This document shows positions 52,601-64,000 of a DNA stretch of 64,000 nt, piece by piece. The first letter of the stretch is position 1; every line of letters starts with the position of its first letter. This DNA is from Phoronis australis. Its lineage: Eukaryota > Animalia > Phoronida. The notes under the pieces are model-generated. The model saw only the letters and a program-made list of their open reading frames with translations. It was not told the DNA's origin and searched no databases. The stretch is from NCBI GenBank assembly GCA_002633005.1, contig NMRA01000046.1, forward strand, positions 808,144 to 872,143, read 5' to 3'. Position numbers and translations under genes: made by a program.

Positions 52601-55600
52601 TGTTTATTTACAAATCAATAGTAGTCCTCAAATTAAGCTGCACACTGATTACAGTATACAACACCACTTACCTAAACAATAACCAGTAAATGTGCTTGGT
52701 TTAGAGCGGAACTTTAGGTTTTCTCCCTGTGTACCCCACCGCAGAATGTTGTAGAAATTGACATCGTTGGTGCTGTTTTCCAAGACCTCTTCTGTGACAC
52801 TCCACTGTTGAGTTGCTTCCTTCCACCTTCCTGACTGTATGTCTGCTGAAGCCTGACGTGCAGCTTTATCTATGGCTTGTTTACCATTTTCATCTACGAC
52901 CGACTTAAGAGAACAAACATTAATATACCGCGAGCTCAAGAAAAAGTCACAACCACAATTAAAATACAAAGGATACATTGTCAAACTACCAAAACGGTTC
53001 TGAAGTGTATCTGCCAAAGGCTCCAAATCTTCTATGTACAACTTTTTATGATTGACATATTCAATAACAAGAAAAGTAATATGTGCATCTTAAGCTCCCG
53101 GAGATATGATAAGTAGATTGAAGTTGGCGAAATAAGGTCATTTATTAAGATTAATTACGAGTGGAAAGAATATGAATGAAAATAAAAATACAATTTGTAA
53201 AAAATAATAATCTCTGAAGAAATGGACAATAAAGAAACATTGAAGACAGCTTGTTAGTGTGAGAGCTCAAAAGCGTCTTTCGCTTCAAATCACATTCTTA
53301 TACTGGTGTGCACGAATGGCAGAATTCATTGATAGGGCATAGGTGAAACACTGAACAGCAGATGTGACTTGAGTTATCACCACACAGGCTCTGATGTGTT
53401 ATCACCACACAGGCTGTGATGTGTTATCACCACACAGGCTCTGATGTGTTATCACCATACAGGACCTGATGTGTTATCACCATACAGGCTGTGATGTGTT
53501 ATCACCACACAGGCTGTGATGTGTTATCACCACACAGGCTGTGATGTGTTATCACCACACAGGCTCTGATGTGTTATCACCACACAGGCCCTGATGTGTT
53601 ATCACCATACAGGCTATGATGTGTTATCACCACACAGCCTGTGATGTGTTATCACCACACAGGCTCTGATGTGTTATCACCACACAGGCTCTGATGTGTT
53701 ATCACCACACAGGCTCTGATGTGTTATCACCATACAGGCCCTGATGTGTTATCACCATACAGGCTATGATGTGTTATCACCACACAGGCTCTGATGTGTT
53801 ATCACCATACAGGCTATGATGTGTTATCACCACACAGGCTATGATGTGTTATCACCACACAGGCTCTGATGTGTTATCACCACACAGGCTCTGATGTGTT
53901 ATCCTCTAGCAAATCCACTCAAGCTGAATTACATTTAGTGACATATTGATTTCATGTTGTTTGTCAGCTACATGCTAACAGTATTCTGATTTCAAAGCTA
54001 TAGTTCAAGTTGGTTTTCTGGGCAATTCTGATGATTCAAAAACAAATTTTGAATGTGTTTTTGTAAGTAAAGACAAATACACCCATCAGAAACAATGTTT
54101 CAGAACAGTCAGGCGAGGTTAGTTTGTAATTGGTTTGTAATACGAGCCAAGTAAAGTGCAATTAAGAGGAAGTCGACACTCATTGTTGTGTTGTCTCCAC
54201 TTTCACAACAGAAAACTGATGTCGATGTAGATATACGCGATATCAAAAACAAAGATACTCGCCATATTCACCTAATGGAAGAAACCCAATTACTTTTGTT
54301 CACAGAGATTTTGAGACATTAGATATTTGCGAAAATTGTTTGAATATTACTGCTGCAGTACTTGCGTAATAGCAGCAATTTAACAGATGATTACAAAAAC
54401 TGATATTTGCTTTGGGAGTAATTTGCACTGCAGTTATCTTTGTTAGTAACGACCCCTGGTGGAACTTGTAGAAATCGAATAAAGCGCTTCCGGTATAGTC
54501 ATTTCAACGTGTTCTCTGGTGCTTCTTAACAATCTTTATTTCTACTACACGAGGCATTATCCTTTGTTCTGTAGTAAACAGACACAAATCTTTTATGAAC
54601 AAACTTACAAATCTTCCTCTCGATACTTACTGTTGCAAAAAGATATGGTGCCCAGGACAGTGTGGATGCTTCAGGAGATATCCATGAATCTCCCATGGCA
54701 AAACCCTTGAAGTTACATCGAACAGCTTTTGATTGGATGGCACCATGAAGACCTTGACTGAAAGCAGCAGCCATCTTACCACCATAAGACTCGGAGAATA
54801 CATAAAATGGCACCGTCTGAAAAAATATAGCAAAAGTATTAAGACCACTAATGCATTAATTCTATTGGTTTTGCGAACCCACTTCAGTTTTTAGTTTCAA
54901 GCAGTTATAAACACACCTCATGACGGCGACATCCCGTTCTCCCAACTTGTTCGATTTTATAGCCCAACAACAAGTTGGGAAGTTTACCCCCATGTAGCCA
55001 ATTAACTCCATTCTGGCATTGATGGTTGGAGGGCCTGTGCTCTTTTGTTTGATAATTGCTCTAATCTCCGATCAGATCATATCTAGCGTGACTGGGGTGG
55101 GCTGATAAAAATGTAAGTTAAGTTAAGCCAGATATTATCGCACGTTCAACACCCCTCACGTCTAGTGGAAAAGTTACTGAACGACAGGACGCTGTAATGT
55201 TCAGTAAAAAAACTTTCTTTTTCATTTGGGCTTGAAGAGGGTAACTACATGTGGAGAATTTCTCATTTACACTGGTCACCACTCATATTCCATCAGCCCC
55301 AGACAACTGCTATGATGCCTATTCTGCACGCTCTTTGTATTGATGTAGATCTGAGCTAATGAAGTGGAAAGGTAATAGCTGGCACTACTGTCTCAACAAA
55401 GGTAGTAGTCATTACACCAAATTGGTTTTCTCTGGCATTTGCACATCACATCCTGCAACTGTGGAGAGTAGTTTTAACAATGGTACATTTTAAATATTAC
55501 AAATGACTACAAAAGTTAAATTGTGTTTATCTTGACCAAAGGCAACCTCCCAAAGGAACGATGGTTTTAAATGTTTTCGCTACTTCATTAGTAATACTCC

Positions 55601-58600
55601 TCTGCACTTACCACGAACGGGTTGATATCTTTTTATTTTATTTTCAAACTTGAAGTACCAAAACAGTGGTAGATTTTGATTGCCAACAAAACTTGATTAC
55701 AGTCTAGTTAATTGTGAACCCATCCCTGAACTTTCCAGATTAGGACTTTACTAAACATTTCACAGTAAACAAAACTACACGTGTCATTAGTTCAAGTTTA
55801 CTCTAGAACTCGAGTGCAAATGTGTTAATGGGCAAACTGAAGATTTGCATCTCTGGACAGTTTCGGTTGCACTGACTACATAAGTATTCTAGCTTTTTGT
55901 TGGTCATCAAAAAATGAAGAGTGGGCACAAGTTGTAAGTACAACTGTTTCCTAGTCCAAAATCTGATTGAACAAGATTCAATTGAAAGAACATTAAAAGA
56001 ATAACCCATGGGATGTTCTTAACTCTGATTAAATCCACCGAGTATATCAATAGGCATGGTCGTTTATCTTCAATCGTACCCCGAATGGTTGTAGTTTTTA
56101 GCTTATTAGTTCATTGATTTTTAAAAATTGAAAACCTTATTTGGTTGTTTTTTCAAGCTGAATACCGCCGTGGTGTTTGTTTTTAACAAAAGTATTGGTT
56201 AGTGCATTCTGAAAATTCGCCATTATATACAGGCAGATATGTTTACTACAGTTTATGGTCAGGTAATTACACTTAATAATTGCGGCCATCACAACTGTAT
56301 CTGACTCCAGCACTGCGCTCTCTTTGATCCTAGTAAAAGCCACTCAGAACGATGAGCGTGAAATGCCGCTGACTTCCTCGTAAGTGTATTATCAAGTAGT
56401 CCACATACCCACTTCCAATTTTGTGGACAGTTTTAAATCACTGATGTTGATCACACACAATACTTATGATGCCTTTTGAAAATGACATGAAAGGTCAGTG
56501 AAGATAGTTCTTTGTGAACCCTGCTATTAATCATATAATTAACTCTCAGTTGGACTGTGTAACTAAACACACCTTAACAACAAAGGGCATGGGACAATAG
56601 CAGTTGCAATGTGTGTTATTCCTCTTTTGGTCTGTTTCCCCTTCAAACAAATAACAGCTTTCAATGGTTGGGTAAGAATCATAAAGAGGAAGCCATTATT
56701 GCTGACAGCAGGAAGAGACAAATGACAGTCATCATCCCTGTTCCCTATATTTCCCCAGACAAAAGAAGCCCTAGTTATGTGGTATAATCCAACCATTAAG
56801 AAGCATAGCTAGTCTAGAAATGAGAAGCGAAATGAGTAGCGCATAATGCCATGCTCGATGCAAAAAATAAACTGACATAAGCCAAATAATACTGAGCTTG
56901 GTGTGTCTCAAGCCATAACGAACTGCAAGGTCTTCTCAAGTTCAGACTCAAGGAGCCAGTGTGACCTAGTGGGCTGAGTGCATGTCCGCCTCCTGTTCTC
57001 AAGGTTGTGGTTCAAATCTCACTAAATGCCACTCCATGATAGTGAAGCTTTAGGGAGTATAACTACACTGGACACACTGTTATCACTGGTTCTGTTTCCA
57101 TCCACAAAAAGGGTGAAAAATGAAATAAAAATCTTACTTGTTTAGGCCACTTGTATCTTAAGCTGTCTGATTAAAGTACAATAAAGAGTAATCGAGCAAA
57201 AAGCTTTTCTGACCATACAGTGTTGCCCGCCTGCCAACTCCTGAAAATCCATACAAAAATGTAATGTTATGGCAGTACCCCGGCTGGAGTCAGGTCTCTA
57301 GCCTTTCAGCTTGGTCTAAATTTGTGTATCTGTATCATATATGCTTATATTAATAGCAAAAATTGGTGTTTCATACAATGGCCCCCTCTGAGCGGCCTGC
57401 AGCCCACATCTGATGCAACATGCAGGCCTGTCAGACCACCCGCACTATTTTTTACTTCAGAAATCATCTTTAAGTAAAAACATGAAAACACCAGTTTTAT
57501 AACCCTAGCTGGCCTAATTCCTAATGCAAAATGGCTGTGATGCAACCACTTAGGGATTTCACAAATTAAGCATGCTTTTCAACTCCCACTAGTTACAAGC
57601 CAATGAAAACAACATCTTTCTTTTAAAGTATTGTCTTAATGCCATCAGCTTAAAGCAGCTATACCTGCTTTCTGTCACAAAAAGACCTTGGCCAAAGCAA
57701 ATGTGATTACTGACTTTACAAAAACCACCCATTTGGTTTCAGCTCCAAACATTTGGTTTCTAAAAGGAAGCTAGTCCAGTATCAACGAATCTAGTCCTTT
57801 ATTAAGTGTTCCGAGGCTCTTTTGTCTATCATCAAAATTTGCAGCCCAGTTATCTACCATAGTACAAAGAGTTACTTGTTAAAACTATTCATCCACGGGT
57901 ACCAGAGAACCGGAACCAAACAAATCAATTTTGGCCAATTTTTATTGTATTTCCTAGTATAAAAATGATCTAAAAACTCTTTACGAGAAATTCAATTTCA
58001 GAAGCCAAACACCGCAAAATATCCCATGATTTAGTCCACAATATCAATCTAATTCAAATTGTGTTTTATTGTTACGAAGCCATCGCTAATGCAAAATTTT
58101 TTTACTCCAAACACAAGAACCATAGATTCCGTGATAAACACACAAACTTCTTGACAGCAACGGGAACTGGATGCAATTTCCGATGAAAGTACAAAGCGGA
58201 CACCAAATTGGCCAAATTACTAATGGGCTTGGAAAGAATGGGCAACGAGTTCGTCATTGCCCGAGACCAGGCTCTACAAGTTAACTTGTCTTGGTATGTC
58301 ACTTTATTCACTTCTTATCTGTTAAAGAAATTAGTTGAGTCTAACTTTATTATGGCAAATGATCTAAATCAAAAAGTTATAGTTTCGTTGGCCGGCCCCA
58401 GGTTTATTTCAGAAATGGCTGAACAGATTCAAGTGAAACTTTCAGACGCACTGTTCTCTAAAGCTCTGTTAGGATTTTTTTAAAATTTCTTTTTAGCACA
58501 TAATGGGCTATCTAAAAACAGGATTCAAAGTTTTTCCTAATAAAATTAATAATATTAAATGAAGATGAAATGATTACTTAGAAAATTGTAACAGCATTTT

Positions 58601-60603
58601 TGACATTTCACCTTGAACATTATTTTTACAACAAATGGAATTTGGTCATACCATAATGACATCATAGTTTTGCTTTCAATGGACTTAATTCATTTTTGCT
58701 AAATTTTACAAAAAACCCAATAGTCACATGACCCAATTCATATTATATTGGTAAAAAAATCAAAAGCAAATACAGGCTTTCTATTTTCAGAAAAAAATTA
58801 CAGAATTACAATCTAGTGTTGGAGATATTTAGCGACATAAACTAATTGTTTATAAGGCCCTACATAACCATAATGTGTTTGGAAATGAAATAAAAGGTCA
58901 TTCGCCAAACAAACACTTGCTGTTTGAGAGTAGGTATGCTCACTGGCTACCGAGGCCATTTATCGACATAACAGGGCTGTGTCAAGTTATTTTTTGACAG
59001 AAGGTTTATATTAACAGCTTTCATGTTTTAAGCAGTTTCAAATGGTGAACAACTGTTTCCATGGTGACAATTTTTTCTACTCTGTAAGATGTTTAATTGT
59101 CTTACAGTTAATAATGCATTCTAAAATCTTGCCATTTCCAACTTCCTGTTTCAGACAGTACTGCTTCAATCCATCTGGCATCCAGTTGCACAAGCACACA
59201 CCTGTTCATATTCTGGGCCCATAAGAATATATTGAAGTAGAGCTCCAAGGATCTACTCTAAAAGTCTGGGTAATTTCAAATGATAAAAAATATAATTTAG
59301 AGTTTGTACTATGAGCAAACACTACAGAGTACTTTACACACACACAGTGTAAAACTGACATTTGACCCATGATCTCAATGTTATATTATTGATGAAGTTA
59401 GATAAAGAAGATAACAAACCTGAAATGTTGGATTGCCTTTAAGAAAGGATTTCATGACAGTCACAAGATCATCACTTATAGTTTTAACATCTGTGGCAAA
59501 TGCAGAGTCATCTGTTGTGTAGCTGAAGCCTGTACCTACAGGGTTGTCCACAAATAACACATTGGCAACAGATACCTGAAATGTAGTTAATTTTTAGAAT
59601 TATTCTCACTAAAACTCTCCGCAGTGACAAGACATTGAGACAAAATGTAGTCACACTTTACTGTGCAATAAACAATACAGTTGTCTACATATAGAAAAAA
59701 TATCTACCCCGGTACAATGTCACGTTTTTCACCGTGTGTGGGTGGGCGTAGGTTGTTACAGACCGGTGCTAATAGCTATCGGTGTGACGATTGACTGAAG
59801 ACTGGTTCGAGTTAAACCTTTATTAATCTTGACCGTATGTTCACAAGCCTACTCAAACAAAATGACCAACATAATGTCTGTTTATGCTCATGCCAATCAA
59901 ACAGAACAACAAAACAAAACAAAACAATACAACTAAAAACATTGTCAGTCTATATTCTGACATACAACTAATTTATTAAATTAATTCAACTTACCCATGA
60001 AGTTGACCGTTTTTCCAGTTTCACATTCAGTGGTCCAATTTCCTGGAAGTTCCCAAAGCCTGTTGATGAACCACCAGGGCCACCCTACAAAATGCATTAA
60101 TGTACCCAATGCAACAATGATTGTTTCATGTTTGTGTTAAGTTTTAAACTTATGACCAGCTTTTCATCTACTCAAGCTTAATTCAGACCACCCTGTTATC
60201 AAACTTTGTCTGCTCGACCACTCCGGGCTATTGGTCAGAAGTTTAATTTTAGGTCTATAGGGTGAAGTCACACTCTTCACTTGTACGTAAACAACAAAAG
60301 CATTAATAATATAAATGCAGATTTTACAAGAAGTAGAGGAATAAACAAAATCAGCCAAAGCCTCAAGGTTGTGACATGTGCTTTAGGGGCACTGTGAAAC
60401 GAGGGCTGAAAACAGTTAATAAGTCATGTGACTTATGACTAAAAAATTATTGCAGTTTTATACCTGTAGCCAGAGAATGAGAGGTTTGTATGTATATGAT
60501 CCTGCCGCAGTCGTATAATAGAGCCACCAGAACATGTGTGCATGTGGTCGCACTGTCACGTAATCCCACTTTGTCTTCTGTTCTTTTAAAAGTGAGGTCC
60601 CAC
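46684..60603 (-). CDS. SCPEP1: Retinoid-inducible serine carboxypeptidase (S10 family), 8 exons found, 5' signal-peptide exon not identified
   Basis: Minus-strand exons 60603-60464, 60084-59995, 59575-59420, 54816-54631, 52903-52672, 50496-50320, 49020-48943 and 46898-46684 join in frame. Motifs: WDYVTVRPHAHMFWWLY, WLQGGPGGSSTGFGNFQEIGP, VDNPVGTGFSY, catalytic SESYGGK, GQLDLIV and AGHMVPSD. Confidence 0.94.
47304..47439 (+). repeat. 34-bp minisatellite, 4 copies
   Basis: GTGTGATGGTGTATTACACAAGACTTTGGTACAG, four perfect copies. Confidence 0.95.
47572..47782 (+). repeat. 30-bp minisatellite, 7 copies
   Basis: GTAGTACTACCCATCATGTCTCCCAGTTTA and close variants. Confidence 0.95.
52100..52270 (+). 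repeat. Dispersed repeat, second copy at about 56195-56355
   Basis: Both share GAAAATTYGCCA.TAT.TACAGGCAG...TGCGGCCATCACA...CTCTTTGA.CCT.GT.AAAGC..CTCAGA. Confidence 0.6.
53373..53904 (+). repeat. 25-bp minisatellite, about 21 copies
   Basis: GTTATCACCAYACAGGCTVTGATGT repeated head to tail with no spacers. Confidence 0.95.
56952..57125 (+). mobile_element. Degenerate tRNA-derived SINE
   Basis: A-box-like TGACCTAGTGG and B-box-like GGTTCAAATC (57009-57018) at tRNA-like spacing; no cloverleaf; followed by a body sequence. Confidence 0.45.
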
Positions 60604-62997
60604 CTATGTGGAACAGGAGTAATGGCCATCAGCTACCAGAGTACAATAGCAAAAGTTTGCCTATCTCAGGTATAGACACAAAATTAGAATCATGATCGAC
60701 ACCCAAATCTTGAGGTGCTAGACTACATTACGAATAAAGAGAGAGCATGAATATCATGATTTGGTTACCGTTCAGGCATTCTTCAAATGTCCTAGTGAAA
60801 GCACCTTTTAATAACTCCCTCTTTACTGCTGCACATCCCAAATCCAGACCAATGCAATGGCTGTCATGTACCCTCAGCCCTTTCATTCACCAAGTAGATA
60901 ATACTGAGTCAACGAGGTATACGTTGCATAAAAAGATGCCACCGAAAACATAGTTTTTATCATGAGGGAGTCGAGCATCTGCATGCATACGACCGTTGTA
61001 ACTTACTAGTAGTGTTCACTAGTACAGCAAGTTGCTAAAGAAGATAAAATCCTCCTCAAAAGTCATTAATTTGATGTGTAATTTGACATTTTGCCGTTTC
61101 GATCTCGTGCTCACGGGGCGCTTTAACCACCGATTATTGATTTCTGTTGGCCATTTCATACTTGGTTTCTTGATATCATTCTTATATACAATGAACTGCT
61201 GGTACGTGAAATCTGACGTACAAAATTAAAAGTTCTTGTGATAATTAAGTTAATTATGCACTATAAATTCAGTTGACATTGCGAGTGAATGTTGAAATAG
61301 GGGAGATGGTTAAGGCATTTATAGGTTATATTGACCGAAAACAAGTTTTCATCAAAAAATTTAGCGATAACCGTCAGATTTTGAAGACACACGTTTTCTG
61401 CTTTTTCCCAGCTGCAACAATCACCATAAACAATCGGGTTAATGCCCTGAGCGATTAAATTGGCAAACCCAAAAAATCGAGGTTGGGCGGTTAACCAGAC
61501 ATGGGAGCTTAAATGTGCAATTTCAAGAAATCGCGGGGTGGACGGTTAATCTTACTTCATGATGATGATCCCACTCCCCATACGTAGTTGGAACGCATAG
61601 AGCTTTTCCGAGCTTTATCGCCACGTTGCCAAATGACGGTAAAAATGTAATAACAACGGATGATCCCAACAAAGGTTCTGTTGCCCTCAGATTAATCATT
61701 TCAGTTAAATTTACAATTGCCTCAGTGTGCCTTCCTGGGCGCATCTTTTAAAACACACTAATGGGTAATTTCGCTATGAATGTATCAGTCCTGAAAATGC
61801 TAAAATTTTGACTTAAAAAGGTGGTTACATAATAATGATAATGGCTCATAAATACAATATATATTTTTATAATCTCTGATCTTTTTTCTTTTAGAATACG
61901 TGTACTGTATTTACTTTTACTAGTTGACAGAGCTATCCAATGGGCAATTGCTCTTGGTCTGCCTACATAACGTGAAATGTTCATCATAGCATCTCAGGGG
62001 TTATAGGGACTATATCAAACTTGACACAGAGGCTATTATCAGTGATTTCAATAGTTTAGTACCCATTTGTGCTGTAGGGGCAATAAACATGGAAATTACA
62101 CCTGGTCTGCCAATGGAACTTAATGCCATCAGGTAATGTGTATAGGCTTGAAATCGCATGTTACAGGCCAAACAAAGGTTTGCTGTTTTCTCAGGAATTT
62201 CCACTGGCCCGAAATTGCGACGAGGTTTTTCGAGTCGGCCTATCATGACCAAAACGCGATATGAGTTAAGATTAGTGCATGGTGGTAATGTGAGAGGTCG
62301 CAGGTTCAAAAGATTCAGCAACTGCCGTGGCGTGATTTTTCACTTTACTATAGTGATTCCCAACAATCATCATTCCCATAATGGTAAGGAGATAGCATAG
62401 CCTCCAAAGCTGGATGAGGAGGTAATAACTAATAGCATTAAACTGCATTGCATTCGGGCAAATCACAATCAAGGTCCATATTCGGTCGCCACTTTTGGTG
62501 AAAAATGAAGGTTGTCATATAACTGTAAAAGCTGGGTTATTATAAAGTACCATCATTCCAGGTTTGTAATCTAAAATATTTTTGCACAAGAACCATCGAA
62601 TAAAATTTTATGGCCTAATGCATCACATCTGTATAAAAGGGTACATACGCTACAACTTGTGGTCACAGCCCACTTCTATAATGCAAAAATTCATACAAGG
62701 TTAATTTAATAAGTTCTTGGTCAAATTGAAGAAGTATCACACGCTAAAGTAAGAAAAGTTGTTACCGTGCTGATAAGTTGTTCTAGATGACCATTACATT
62801 GCTTATCTTAACACAGAATAATGAGAACTTCTCTTGCAATATGATTCTTACAAAAAGAAAATGACAAGTAACTACTTTTTCAAAAACTTTATTGGTGCTA
62901 TTTGCCTAGTTTTCAATACATTCACCAGTGGGTCAAAATAGTTAAAGCAATGCTAGGCCCAGTGTTCAACTTGTAAACAGTAATAAATGGTACTGGT

Positions 62998-64000
62998 TGG
63001 GGGGTACGTACACTACGCACAGTTAATCAACGTCAAATTTTGACTAAGTTACAAATATATGGAATGGTCTCAAGTTTTGTGCTGCCTCTACTTGTTGGTT
63101 TGATGCAAGTTGAAGTTGTCTTGAGAGATAGAGAACCTGCCTATGCAACATCAGTTGTCACATGACGTGTCTTCTAGGATTTTCAGTACTAGCCAAGTCC
63201 TGTGTGGCATTTTATTGTCCCCAAATTTGATAATGTCCATTGTTTTTTTGTCAGACTGTATTTATTTTGGAAATATCGGTATTGTTCATGAGAACAGCAG
63301 TATGTAAAAATTCTTGTGGGCAATACTTTATAGCACAGAGGTTGAAGACCTGTATGTACACTACACAGTGGTACGTACACTACATTTCAATGACTTTTCA
63401 GGTTGATAAAAAATAATAAAAATCTACTGAGAGTTCATTTACCAATATTCAAAGAGAACAAATAAAAAGTACAGCAAGCAGTCATGTGCATATCTGTCTG
63501 TCATTCTTTGAAAACAGGCACATGTTAAAATGTAGGGGTACGTACACTACACAAATGCTAATATTTCACTCAAAACAATTTTTAACTAACACCCTTTTAA
63601 CCTAGCATTTTAATTGAAGAAGCTGTCTGTGACAAGTGTTGCTTACTTAACATGTAATATTTTTTGTTTCATGGTATTTATTCACATGGGGGTACATACA
63701 CTACACAGGGGTACGTACACTACATTTCAATGACATGTCAGGTTTGTAACTAAATACTAAGAATCTACTGAGAGTTAGTTGATTTACTAAATCAATTCAA
63801 AGAGAAAAAATAAAAAGCATATTAATGTGCATATCTGTCAGGCACAATTTAAAATATGGGTGTACGTACACTACACAAATGGTAATATTTCAGTCAAAAC
63901 AAATGTATTGGCAATAAACATTCTTTTAACCTAACATTTTTAAGGAAGAAAACAGTCTTTGACCAATGTTGCTCACTTACCAAGTGACATTTTAATTTCA
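62998..64000 (+). repeat. About 340-bp tandem unit with a recurring GGGGTACGTACACTAC motif
   Basis: About 63370-63707 aligns with 63708-64000; the motif occurs about 7 times from 63001. Confidence 0.75.

Noticed and set aside
53373-53904. 25-bp array (also the 30-bp and 34-bp arrays at 47304-47782) as CRISPR
   Set aside because: Units are head to tail with no unique spacers, there are no cas genes, and they lie in eukaryotic introns.

Overview
AT-rich, intron-containing animal genomic DNA, probably from a marine invertebrate (not provable from sequence), with a 494-N gap at 22115-22608. Four protein-coding genes can be reconstructed exon by exon: NSMCE2/MMS21 (+, 4040-8835), a Tribbles pseudokinase (+, 19614-26230), ZNF207/BuGZ (+, 31894-43161, first intron U12-type) and SCPEP1 (-, 46684-60603, first exon not found). 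The rest is MITEs, a Kolobok-like element with a decayed THAP domain and nested MITEs, a SINE-like relic and minisatellites. The most notable signal is in the ZNF207 3' UTR: three spaced copies (43548-43879) of a GC-type 5' splice-site motif (CAG|GCAAGT), each followed by a four-way-junction RNA fold with conserved stems, variable loops and compensatory changes. They sit among further donor-like motifs, poly(A) signals and a downstream acceptor, suggesting a U1-sensing autoregulatory RNA module. That function is inferred, not shown.
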